This document shows positions 56,002 through 64,000 of a stretch of DNA of 64,000 nucleotides, piece after piece. Source of the stretch: Candidatus Wallbacteria bacterium (GTDB lineage: Bacteria > Muiribacteriota > UBA9980); the NCBI GenBank assembly GCA_022703765.1, contig JAKJHQ010000001.1:145854-209853 (forward strand), given 5' to 3'. The stretch's first letter is position 1. Each line of letters begins with the position of its first letter. A program made the translations under genes and the position numbers. The notes under the pieces were generated by a model that ran no database searches, was not told the origin of the DNA, and saw nothing but the letters and a program-made list of their open reading frames with translations.

Positions 56002-58686
56002 TTATTTTTGGTGCGCCAGACCTATTTCCACGACGAATTTCCGGCCGCAGAATAAAAACTTCGTGTAATAATAAAAAATCCTTGAGTTCCGCTCGCAAAT
56101 TTCATCCGGCGGGCATGATACGTAAACCGCTTTTAAATCCGCAGGAAAGCTTATTACTATTCCCGTAAACGAGCCGTTGGAATTAGGCTTTTCTCCTGTT
56201 GTAAATTTAAATATTTTTGTTTTTTCATCCGGCTTGAATTCGGAAGGCTCGAACTGCGCCATGAAAAACATGAATTCTCCGTTTTTTTGAGGCGGCTTAT
56301 AATCTATAAGAGCGTAATAATTTCCGTTAGGCGAAGAAAATTTTTTCAGCGCCGCATCGTAAATATCTCCCTTATACGATATAAAAGGCGAAATCGGAAC
56401 GGAATCCAGGCAAACCATATTTTTAGTGACCGGATAAGGTTTGAAGTGATAATCCGAATAAATCACGGCTTTTTCGCAGCTCAAAATTTCGGCGCCGCGC
56501 TGCTCTAAATGGTAATAAGCGGTTTCGCTCAATAACGACAGTTTGACATGCGTAAGCGGATCCAGGGTTTTAAAGCATATTTTTTTAGCGTGTTCGAACG
56601 CCGCCGCCAGGCAATCATGGCTTATATTTTCAAACGCCGTTTTAACCGGCGCGATATTTTTAATTTCTTCCGATATCCGTGAAAAATCCTTAAAATCATG
56701 TCCTGGCGACAGCTTATTCGCCATCTGCAGATGCTCGGCAGCTTTTTCGCTTTCTCCGGCGAATTCGCAAATTCTATAAAGCCTGTAATAATGATAGGAT
56801 TTAAAAAGAGGGTTCGTTTCGAGCGCTATAAGCTTTCTGGTTTCAACGACGCTTTCTTTTATCATGCCGCGGCACATATAGTAAGACGCTTTCTGGTAGC
56901 TCTCTTCGCCGTCGGAAGTCATTTGCGATATCATTTTTTCCGCTTCGTCCAGGCGGCCGTAAACTATATAATTTTGTAATAGCAGGAATTTATGATTGGT
57001 ATTTTCCGGATAGCGCGCTATAAGTTCTTTTCCTATTTCGACGCTCCTGTCTATATCGCCCGTGGTCGCATAAATATCCGCCTTAATAAGATGCATCAGC
57101 AAAAAGTCGCGGCGTCGGGACAATACCTTATCGCAGCACTGCAGGGCCTGAGTGAAATTGCCCTGCATCATCTCGGCCAGGCAGACGAAAACCGTCATTA
57201 AAAGGTCGTCAGGGTAAAGATTTATATAACGAAATCCGGCCGAGGAAGCCGATTTTACGTCGTCGTCCGAATAAAAGGCTATTATAGCGTCCAGTATCAG
57301 TTTTTCACGGGAATCGAGCGAGCTTTCACCTTCGCGCGATAATTTCAATTTGGCGTTGAACTCGGTGCGGGTTATTATGCCGTGGTTAAGAAAAAGAAAA
57401 AATAAAAGAAGCGCGTCTACATTGGCGGGGTCCAGATCGAAAGACTGGTTTAATTTTTCGCGGACGGCGTCGGTCACGAAATTTTTAAAATACTCTTCCC
57501 TGGCCTCTTCTAAGAGCGCCCTGGAAACTTTCGAACGGCCGGCGGCGGCGAGCGGCGCATTCAATCCCCCGCTCGAAAGCGTTTTGCCGTTTTCAAAATT
57601 CTCTCCGGCCGTAGGTTTATTCGCCTCGACACGCGCAACAGGAGGCGGCGCGGAATTATCGAAGCCCTGCGAGGAAAAAAGCCCGAAGAAAAAATTTTTA
57701 ATATCGGACATTATGCCTTCGGAAACGTTCTTTTTCAAATCCCGCACGGCGCGCGCGAGTTCACGCGCATTCGCGAAGCGGTCCGAAGGATTTTTTTTAA
57801 GGCATTTGAGTATTATTCCGGCGCGGGCGGCCGAAATTTCAGGATTGTATTCCCGCGGATCGGCCGGCTCCTTAGAAGTTACGGCGCCTATCAGCGAAGC
57901 CGGGTCGTCGCCTTCGAAAGGCTTTACCAGCGCCGCCATTTCGTAATAGACGACGCCCAGACTGTAAATATCGACGGCGGGGGATATTTTTGAGCCTTTG
58001 CCGCCGAACTGCTCGGGCGCCATATAATCGAAAGTGCCTACGAAATGGTTGGCCTGCGTGATATCGCGGTCTACCGACTGTTTTACCAGCCCGAAATCCA
58101 CTAGCTTGACGCGGCCGTCGGCGGTTATCATTATATTCGACGGCTTGATGTCGCGGTGGACCGAATCCAGGGAATGCACCGCTTCGAGAATATCGGCTAT
58201 CGAGGCTATCAAGTCGTCGACGCGCGCCAGGTAATCAGGATCGCCGAAAGGCGGGGCTATAAGGTCGCGCAAAAAATAAGGCGCGCCCGGGTCCGGCTGT
58301 TTCAAATAGCCCGCCCGCAGAAGTTCGGCCGCATCGCCCGCGTGCGTTTTTATAAAAAGCGCCTTTTTCAGAAACGAGCTCAGCGCGCCTCCGTCCACAT
58401 ACTCCATTACATAATAAAGAAGGTTTTCAAGTTCGCCCGCCTGATAGACTTGAGCCACTCCGGGATGGACGACCCTGGCCGCGAATTTAGCCTCCCGCCG
58501 GAAACGCTCGCGCCAGGACTCGCTGCAGGCGTCGCCGCGCATCAGTTTCACGGCCGCCCTGCGGTCGAGCGCCTCGTCGAACGCTTCGTAAACCGAGCCC
58601 ATGCCGCCTTCGCCGATCTTGCCTCGGATGGCGAGGCCGCGAGCGGCCATTTCTTTTTTGAATTTTTCGAAAGCTTCGTTCGGCAT
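56002..58686 (-). CDS. Ser/Thr protein kinase with TPR region and uncharacterised ~250-aa C-terminal domain
   Basis: Gly-loop GEGGMGSVY, VAIK-like AVKLM, catalytic HRDIKPSNIM and DFGL. Helical TPR-like repeats lie downstream. Confidence 0.85.
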   Translation of the reverse strand: MPNEAFEKFKKEMAARGLAIRGKIGEGGMGSVYEAFDEALDRRAAVKLMRGDACSESWRERFRREAKFAARVVHPGVAQVYQAGELENLLYYVMEYVDGGALSSFLKKALFIKTHAGDAAELLRAGYLKQPDPGAPYFLRDLIAPPFGDPDYLARVDDLIASIADILEAVHSLDSVHRDIKPSNIMITADGRVKLVDFGLVKQSVDRDITQANHFVGTFDYMAPEQFGGKGSKISPAVDIYSLGVVYYEMAALVKPFEGDDPASLIGAVTSKEPADPREYNPEISAARAGIILKCLKKNPSDRFANARELARAVRDLKKNVSEGIMSDIKNFFFGLFSSQGFDNSAPPPVARVEANKPTAGENFENGKTLSSGGLNAPLAAAGRSKVSRALLEEAREEYFKNFVTDAVREKLNQSFDLDPANVDALLLFFLFLNHGIITRTEFNAKLKLSREGESSLDSREKLILDAIIAFYSDDDVKSASSAGFRYINLYPDDLLMTVFVCLAEMMQGNFTQALQCCDKVLSRRRDFLLMHLIKADIYATTGDIDRSVEIGKELIARYPENTNHKFLLLQNYIVYGRLDEAEKMISQMTSDGEESYQKASYYMCRGMIKESVVETRKLIALETNPLFKSYHYYRLYRICEFAGESEKAAEHLQMANKLSPGHDFKDFSRISEEIKNIAPVKTAFENISHDCLAAAFEHAKKICFKTLDPLTHVKLSLLSETAYYHLEQRGAEILSCEKAVIYSDYHFKPYPVTKNMVCLDSVPISPFISYKGDIYDAALKKFSSPNGNYYALIDYKPPQKNGEFMFFMAQFEPSEFKPDEKTKIFKFTTGEKPNSNGSFTGIVISFPADLKAVYVSCPPDEICERNSRIFYYYTKFLFCGRKFVVEIGLAHQK

Positions 58687-58692
58687 AAAAAA

Positions 58693-60366
58693 CTATTTAT
58701 TCCTTATATATTTCGAGTGTTTTTCAACGAACAGCCCGCGCATCGCGGCTAATTTTTTAATCTGCGAATCGCCAAGCGAAGGCACTTTGCGTAAATCTTC
58801 GACGCACGAGAAAAAACCTTTGTTGTCCCTGCGGCTGACGATATCCGCCGCCTGGCCCTTTGTTAGAAATGCTATAGATGCCAGTTCGTATTCTTCCGCC
58901 GCGTTGAGGTTGATCGAAACGAAAAACTTTTCAGTTTCATCGCCTAAATTAAAAGTATCGTTGACGATCCATAGCGGAACTCCTGCGTGTTTTAGCTTAA
59001 GCTCTACACCGGAAGTTCCCATGGCGTCGATCGTTTTCTGCATACGCTGAAACGATTCGCTAAAAGTCTTCTGCATCGTATCGGGCTCGAAGAGCGTCAG
59101 GTGCGCCGCCCGATAATTTTTACGGTAAAAGGCCGAAGCGTCTTCCCATGTTCCGGCGAAATAAGCGTTAGCGCAAAAGCCGCCCAGCGCGGCACGGGCG
59201 TCGGTGGGAAAGGCGGCCGCGTACTCCCGGATAAAATCGGCGAATACCATCGCTTCTTCGAGCGCTTCATGCGTTTCATATTTTTTGAAAAGGTTTCGTT
59301 TAGCGAATATGATTTTCAGGTAAGCGTTTTCGAGAGGTGAGAAAACTTCGCGCGGTTCGGTTTCGAGTTTGCGGCCGTAAAATTTTTCGTAAAAAGATTT
59401 ATCGGGAAGATAGCCTGCCCCGATTCCCGCGTCTTTGACCATCCTGTAAAATAAAGTGGCGACAAATCCTTCCGTGGAAAGCATCTGCTGAATATTTTTC
59501 AATTCAGAAAAATCGAAGTTGGCGTTGAAATGATTATAAAGATAAATCTCGAGAGTGCCGGCCCGCATTTCCAGCTCCCGCGAAACGGGGGTCCTTTTGA
59601 AAGCGAACATATTGCTTTTCACCCATTGGTATCTCTTGGACTTATGCGATAGATTCGCTATATCCTGCAGCTGCGAAAAATACTCGCGCCCCCTCGCGTC
59701 TTCGAAAGTGTATAAGTTCCTGCAGGCGGCATTTTCGGTCATATCCGCCATCATGGTTTCAAAATGCTCCCCCCAGCCTTCTACAAACGCCGTCCAGAAA
59801 TCGGATACGACCGGCGCGGTATGCACGAAGCGGTCCGGCGAGAAGCCGAATTCGGAATCCTGTAAATATGCGTCTATAAGATGACCGTTTTCATGCGCGA
59901 AAATAGATTCGAACGCAGAAGGATCAGGCGGCATTTCTATATAATGAGCGAACGATTTATCCGTAACGGCGGCGCCGTTTTTTAAATAGAAGCCGCGTTT
60001 GGGCATATTGCCGCCCCTTACGAGATGAATATAAAGCGGTTCGCGGAAAACCTCGCTTTTCTGGGAGCTTCTTCCTGCCTCAACCTCGCCGAGCATAAAG
60101 TTTTTAGCATAACCGCCGAGGGCGAGAGAAATTTTTGACATTCCGCCTTTGAGGGTGCCGGCGATTTCGGCCGCCGCGGTGTCGCCGGACGGTATAATCT
60201 CTAAAAGCGGAAGTTTCCGGGTTTTTTCGCCGACAAAAACGGGCGTAGTTCCGTCGAAGGACTGCCTCACGAAAACGAAAGAATCGCTGGAAGAGGCATC
60301 ACACCATCCGGGACGGGCCGAAAAAAATAAGGAAAAAAACATTACGATCAATAAAAGCCTTTTCAT
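58693..60366 (-). CDS. Secreted protein with HExxH (putative zinc metallopeptidase) region and C-terminal ComEA-like helix-hairpin-helix domain
   Basis: Signal peptide, a HENGH motif, and a C-terminal LNAAEEYELASIAFLTKGQAADIVSRR...LRKVPSLGDSQIKKL HhH pattern. Confidence 0.55.
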   Translation of the reverse strand: MKRLLLIVMFFSLFFSARPGWCDASSSDSFVFVRQSFDGTTPVFVGEKTRKLPLLEIIPSGDTAAAEIAGTLKGGMSKISLALGGYAKNFMLGEVEAGRSSQKSEVFREPLYIHLVRGGNMPKRGFYLKNGAAVTDKSFAHYIEMPPDPSAFESIFAHENGHLIDAYLQDSEFGFSPDRFVHTAPVVSDFWTAFVEGWGEHFETMMADMTENAACRNLYTFEDARGREYFSQLQDIANLSHKSKRYQWVKSNMFAFKRTPVSRELEMRAGTLEIYLYNHFNANFDFSELKNIQQMLSTEGFVATLFYRMVKDAGIGAGYLPDKSFYEKFYGRKLETEPREVFSPLENAYLKIIFAKRNLFKKYETHEALEEAMVFADFIREYAAAFPTDARAALGGFCANAYFAGTWEDASAFYRKNYRAAHLTLFEPDTMQKTFSESFQRMQKTIDAMGTSGVELKLKHAGVPLWIVNDTFNLGDETEKFFVSINLNAAEEYELASIAFLTKGQAADIVSRRDNKGFFSCVEDLRKVPSLGDSQIKKLAAMRGLFVEKHSKYIRNK

Positions 60367-60505
60367 TTTACCTCCGGCATTTAATTAAATAAAAAACTTT
60401 CTTAGTAATTATATTATACGAAGCTTTTTTTAGCAACTAAATTTGAAAAAATCAAAAACTTTCCGGTTATATAAAAATTGATTTCTATAACGGCGGCCTT
60501 TATAT

Positions 60506-62422
60506 TTAAAACAATTCAAAGCCTGCGGCTATTTTTTCAAATTCCTTTTCATATTTTTCATACTCGCCTTCCGGCGCGATAAAGGCAAAAAGAAACCCTG
60601 AACCGTTTTCGGCGAGCATCGTATTGTCGTTTATCAGAGTCATTTTGTTCTTCCGGCCGGCGGTATGCGAAAAGCGGGCGCGGGCGGCCTTACGGCCGGC
60701 GATCGAGGCGCCGCCCTCCGAAATCTTTTTAAAATCCTTTACCATGGACGAAATCGCCGAAAGACGCCCGTCCAGAATAATCTTCGACGTCATGCCGGCG
60801 GGCGCCGAAAACATAACCAGCGCGAAATCGACGCCTTCCGCACCGTCCGGCTTTGCGCTCACCGTCACTATGTCGCCCTTGCCGTCTACTTTTATCTTCC
60901 ATCCCTTTTCAGGCAGTTTCAACCGGCAGCCGTATTCGGCGCTGGTATAGACGCCGCCTTCAAGGCCCGTCTTAAGGCCGGCGGGCGCGGGCATGGTTTC
61001 AAAGCCGGCAACCGATATGCCTAGATTATCTATGAGCTTGATTCTGACGTTCTGCGTTCCGTCGACGGTATCCGAATCGGTGAACTTGATGTGAGTGGGG
61101 CCCGACACGAAACCGCCCGTGCTGGGATCCACCGCTATCCACCTTCCGCCGAGCCGTACCTCGTTCCACATATGCCCCATCCAGCGGCCGCCGGCATTCA
61201 TCACGCCGAGCGATATCTTCACCGGGATCTTCAACGACCTGGCAAGAGCCGCGAATATTATGGCATGTTCACTGCACTTGCCGCGTTTTTTCTTGAGAAT
61301 TTCCGGGGCCGAAAGGGTTTCGGCTATAAAGTCGGTTTCGATATTTAAATCGACCCATTCAAGGAGTTTTTTGACGATAACGACGCAGTCAGACTCTCCC
61401 GCGGCTATTTTTGCCGCAAGCTCCACGACGGCGGCGTCGGCCGGAGTAATATATTCAGATTCACTTATATATTTTTCCATGCCTTCGGATAAGGAGGCCG
61501 GAAAAGTTACGGGGCTCGTATCTTTTGCGGCCATTGACATTTCAAGCATCACTTCATAGACGCCGTTTTCAAATTTTGTAGAAACTATTTTCTGGCGGTT
61601 GTCTTCAAGGCAAAAATCCGAAAGCGGTATGCTCATCCACCTTACCGCTATCATGGCTTTTTTTATCTTATTGACGTTTCCCAGAGGCTTATCAATATCT
61701 ACAGTCAGGTCGCTGTCGTCATTCATTAAAACGGCGATCTTCGACTTTATCCTTTCGTCGGCCTGCCATATTCTGTTATCGACCTTTTTCAGCGTTTCGA
61801 CGGCGCGGGTCGAATTAATTATGCGCCCGTCGGGCGAGATCGTAACGAGTTCGGGCATGCTTCCGGCGACGGTAACTTCGGCCTCTACGGTACCTGCATT
61901 TTTAAGCACTTTTACGTTCACCCGACGAATATTACGAAGATCGAATATATTAAAATCGAAAGTCTTTTCGGGCGATCTTTTTATTATCACGTCAGGAATG
62001 CATGCATCGAAATAAACGCCGGCCGCTTCGAAAGAACTTTCACTTACGCCGCCGCACGTATCGTCGCGGCGCACCTTCAATTTCCGATTCTCGATGGTTC
62101 CGGTCACTTTTTCGGCTTTTACCTTGTAAGCGCTCGATTGCTCGAAAGATAAGGGCGCAAAATCTTTATCGACGATCAGCGAAACGCTTTCGGTAATGTC
62201 CTGCTGTGACATTCCGACAACATCTATTTTAAAAGCTTTTTCGATCTCATAAATGAAACCGCCGCCGTCGAGTCCGCGCATTTTAAGATGCTCATAACCG
62301 TACACGACGCCTTTTCTTTCAAACGCCAGCCAGCTTTCCTTTATAGCGCGGGCGTATGCCGAATTTAACTGCGTTAAAAACAATAAAACAGTCAGCAAAA
62401 TAAAAAAGATTTTTCTTCTCAT
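60506..62422 (-). CDS. Secreted transglutaminase-like domain protein
   Basis: Signal peptide. Cys-His-Asp core candidates are GKCSEHAIIF, GHMWNEV and AVDPS. The start was moved to ATG 62422, with AAAGGGGAG upstream. Confidence 0.65.
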   Translation of the reverse strand: MRRKIFFILLTVLLFLTQLNSAYARAIKESWLAFERKGVVYGYEHLKMRGLDGGGFIYEIEKAFKIDVVGMSQQDITESVSLIVDKDFAPLSFEQSSAYKVKAEKVTGTIENRKLKVRRDDTCGGVSESSFEAAGVYFDACIPDVIIKRSPEKTFDFNIFDLRNIRRVNVKVLKNAGTVEAEVTVAGSMPELVTISPDGRIINSTRAVETLKKVDNRIWQADERIKSKIAVLMNDDSDLTVDIDKPLGNVNKIKKAMIAVRWMSIPLSDFCLEDNRQKIVSTKFENGVYEVMLEMSMAAKDTSPVTFPASLSEGMEKYISESEYITPADAAVVELAAKIAAGESDCVVIVKKLLEWVDLNIETDFIAETLSAPEILKKKRGKCSEHAIIFAALARSLKIPVKISLGVMNAGGRWMGHMWNEVRLGGRWIAVDPSTGGFVSGPTHIKFTDSDTVDGTQNVRIKLIDNLGISVAGFETMPAPAGLKTGLEGGVYTSAEYGCRLKLPEKGWKIKVDGKGDIVTVSAKPDGAEGVDFALVMFSAPAGMTSKIILDGRLSAISSMVKDFKKISEGGASIAGRKAARARFSHTAGRKNKMTLINDNTMLAENGSGFLFAFIAPEGEYEKYEKEFEKIAAGFELF

Positions 62423-62509
62423 AAGCTCCCCTTTCATTTTTTCAAGTTCCACAGGCAGTTTTCAGCCGCAGAACCGTAATTTCATATAAAAATAAAATAT
62501 ATTCGCCTA

Positions 62510-63532
62510 TTAATTCGACGGGACCGCGCCCGGCTTACCTACCCTGTCGATTCTATTCGTCCATATATAACCCGAAAAGCCGGCCGGAATTTTTTTTATA
62601 TCTTCGGCCGTATCGAAGCCCTCCGAAAACTTTCCATCGCCGGCGACCAGCACGACGCCGGTGCCGGAGTCTTCCATCCGCTTCATGAATTTATGCGGCC
62701 ATCCCCACAAAAAAGGCGCATATTTCAAAGGAATATGAAGCCACGCTTTCCTGCACGACTCCGGAACATAGCCGCTCCAGCCGATAAGTTCGTAATCGCC
62801 GAGCGCCTTGAAAAGAGTTTTCTTCGACAAAACGGGCAAATCCGGAATTTCCGTTTTCAGCGTTTGCATTGGCAGATCGCCGCCGTAAGCCCTTATTCCT
62901 TTAAGCCGCCACGCCGGGAGCGATTTCAAAAACTTCGCCAGAATGGCGCCTTCTGCCGGATCATTGCTTTTAATGTTCACAAGAAGAGTTTCAGCGGTAA
63001 AACGCTCCATTATTTCGTCCAGGGAAGGCATCAAGCCGATTCCTTTTCCCCTGAACGGAAAGGTCATTCCGCCATCTGCGGTATAACCGTAACCCACGTC
63101 AAGTTTTTTGAGTTCGGCCATGGTAAAATCTCTCACACGCCCTTTTCCATCGGTGCGATATTGCAGCGTATGATCGTGAAAAACCGCTAACTTGTCGTCC
63201 TTCGTCATTTGCACGTCAAGTTCGACAATTGCCGCGCCGTATTTAAAAGCTTGTTCCATGGATGATATGGTATTTTCAAGATAATGATGTTCGGGAGGAA
63301 ATATACGCTTGGAAGTGTCGGTATCGTTAGTTATCCCTTCCATACCGAAAGTCTGAGCAAGTCCGCGGTGGGCTAACAATAAAGGTTTTACGCCGGAACG
63401 CCCGCAGAATATCGTCGTATTGTTAAAAAAAAGAAAAATTACGAAACCAATAAAAATATATAATAATATTTTAATTTTTTTACGCACTTTAACCACTCCA
63501 TAAAGTTTATAACGGCCTGAAACTAAGTACAA
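62510..63532 (-). CDS. Glycerophosphodiester phosphodiesterase family protein
   Basis: LAHRG..VELDVQMTKDDKLAVFHD catalytic pattern. The TTG start is uncertain. Confidence 0.75.
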   Translation of the reverse strand: MYLVSGRYKLYGVVKVRKKIKILLYIFIGFVIFLFFNNTTIFCGRSGVKPLLLAHRGLAQTFGMEGITNDTDTSKRIFPPEHHYLENTISSMEQAFKYGAAIVELDVQMTKDDKLAVFHDHTLQYRTDGKGRVRDFTMAELKKLDVGYGYTADGGMTFPFRGKGIGLMPSLDEIMERFTAETLLVNIKSNDPAEGAILAKFLKSLPAWRLKGIRAYGGDLPMQTLKTEIPDLPVLSKKTLFKALGDYELIGWSGYVPESCRKAWLHIPLKYAPFLWGWPHKFMKRMEDSGTGVVLVAGDGKFSEGFDTAEDIKKIPAGFSGYIWTNRIDRVGKPGAVPSN

Positions 63533-63557
63533 AAAAGAAAAAGCGCTTTAAACTGGC

Positions 63558-63941
63558 TTAAGTAAAAAAGTTATAAAAATATATAGTAATAAAATAAATC
63601 AAAATAAGCCATATCGCGATTATAACAACCGCCATGATCCAGTTGTTTTTAAGAACGGGAGGCTCCTTTTCGGCTTTTTGACGGCATTCCAACATTATAT
63701 CTTCCGGTATGAACAGCAACGATAAATAAATCAAAACGGGAACGATCAAAATATCGTCGAGAAACCCTATGACAGGTATAAAATCAGGGATCAGATCGAT
63801 CGGGCTCAAAGCATAAGCCAGCGCAGTAAAAATTAAAATTTTAGGCATAACGCCGACCAGCGGATGCCTGTAAGCATAATAAACAACCACAAGATCGCGT
63901 TTTATGGATTTCGCCATTTCAGCCAATCGTTCCAAAAACAT
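63558..63941 (-). CDS. DUF1232 (YkvA-like) membrane protein
   Basis: LSPIDLIPDFIPVIGFLDD signature. The track start at 63980 is TTG and sits inside the repeat hairpin, so I moved it to ATG 63941. Confidence 0.6.
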   Translation of the reverse strand: MFLERLAEMAKSIKRDLVVVYYAYRHPLVGVMPKILIFTALAYALSPIDLIPDFIPVIGFLDDILIVPVLIYLSLLFIPEDIMLECRQKAEKEPPVLKNNWIMAVVIIAIWLILIYFITIYFYNFFT

Positions 63942-63951
63942 ATCGTAATCC

Positions 63952-64000
63952 TTTTTTGATAAGGGAAGGCGAGGTGCCAAAGGCCCCTCCCTTCCCTTAA
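63952..64000 (+). repeat. Intergenic repeat element, copy 3 (left end only, truncated by the window)
   Basis: TTTTTTGATAAGGGAAGGCGAGGTGCCAAAGGCCCCTCCCTTCCCTTAA is collinear with the left ends of copies 1 and 2. Confidence 0.6.

Overview
This is a 64-kb chromosomal window from a diderm bacterium, roughly 50% GC with AT-rich intergenic regions; I cannot place the phylum from sequence alone. Evidence for diderm status: a lipoprotein with a lipobox, an outer-membrane beta-barrel ORF ending in -YMF, and the tuf/secE/nusG/rplKAJL cluster.

Layout:
- 1-5 kb: AT-rich accessory islet between a truncated rmlD and an S8-like peptidase. It carries a BrnT/BrnA toxin-antitoxin pair with a consensus sigma70 promoter, a VOC/glyoxalase protein, a Fic/DOC protein with an iterated ATTAAC motif upstream, and copy 1 of a ~290-bp intergenic repeat family.
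- 5-24 kb: housekeeping and metabolic genes. These are a SAM-dependent methyltransferase, a TlpA-like thiol-disulfide oxidoreductase, an M55 peptidase, a sigma54 activator, uvrC, an aminotransferase, a B12-binding radical-SAM protein with a ferredoxin, a TVP38-family membrane protein, an outer-membrane beta-barrel, and a CUT2 sugar ABC transporter.
- 24.0-25.1 kb: a complex non-coding region. It holds copy 2 of the repeat family plus two tandem, diverged ~200-250-nt structured units that look like paralogous ncRNA genes.
- 25-37 kb: a GH13 enzyme, an FMN-binding protein, an FAD oxidase, a stand-alone Hpt protein, a LigT-like 2H phosphoesterase, two very large hybrid sensor kinases and truA.
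- 37.9-40.4 kb: the stand-out feature. This is an 829-aa ORF with clear similarity along its whole length to eukaryotic Major Vault Protein (N-terminal repeats, SPFH-like shoulder, cap-helix coiled coil, cap ring). It shares a divergent promoter region with a Tim44-like membrane protein and an ankyrin-repeat membrane protein. An NfeD/flotillin pair lies 5 kb away, and a TPR-containing Ser/Thr kinase lies further on.
- 47-56 kb: an FGE-sulfatase-like gene, then rplL-rplJ (with L10 leader and attenuator)-rplA-rplK-nusG-secE-tRNA-Trp-rpmG-tuf-tRNA-Thr/Tyr/Thr, all on the minus strand. rpoB/rpoC are absent downstream of rplL.
- 56-64 kb: a Ser/Thr kinase, a secreted HExxH + ComEA-like HhH protein, a transglutaminase-like protein, a GDPD phosphodiesterase, a DUF1232 protein and a partial copy 3 of the repeat family.

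I saw no CRISPR array, transposase, integrase or rRNA. Several starts in the ORF track are TTG/GTG-extended; I moved these to an in-frame ATG with a Shine-Dalgarno sequence where one was evident.
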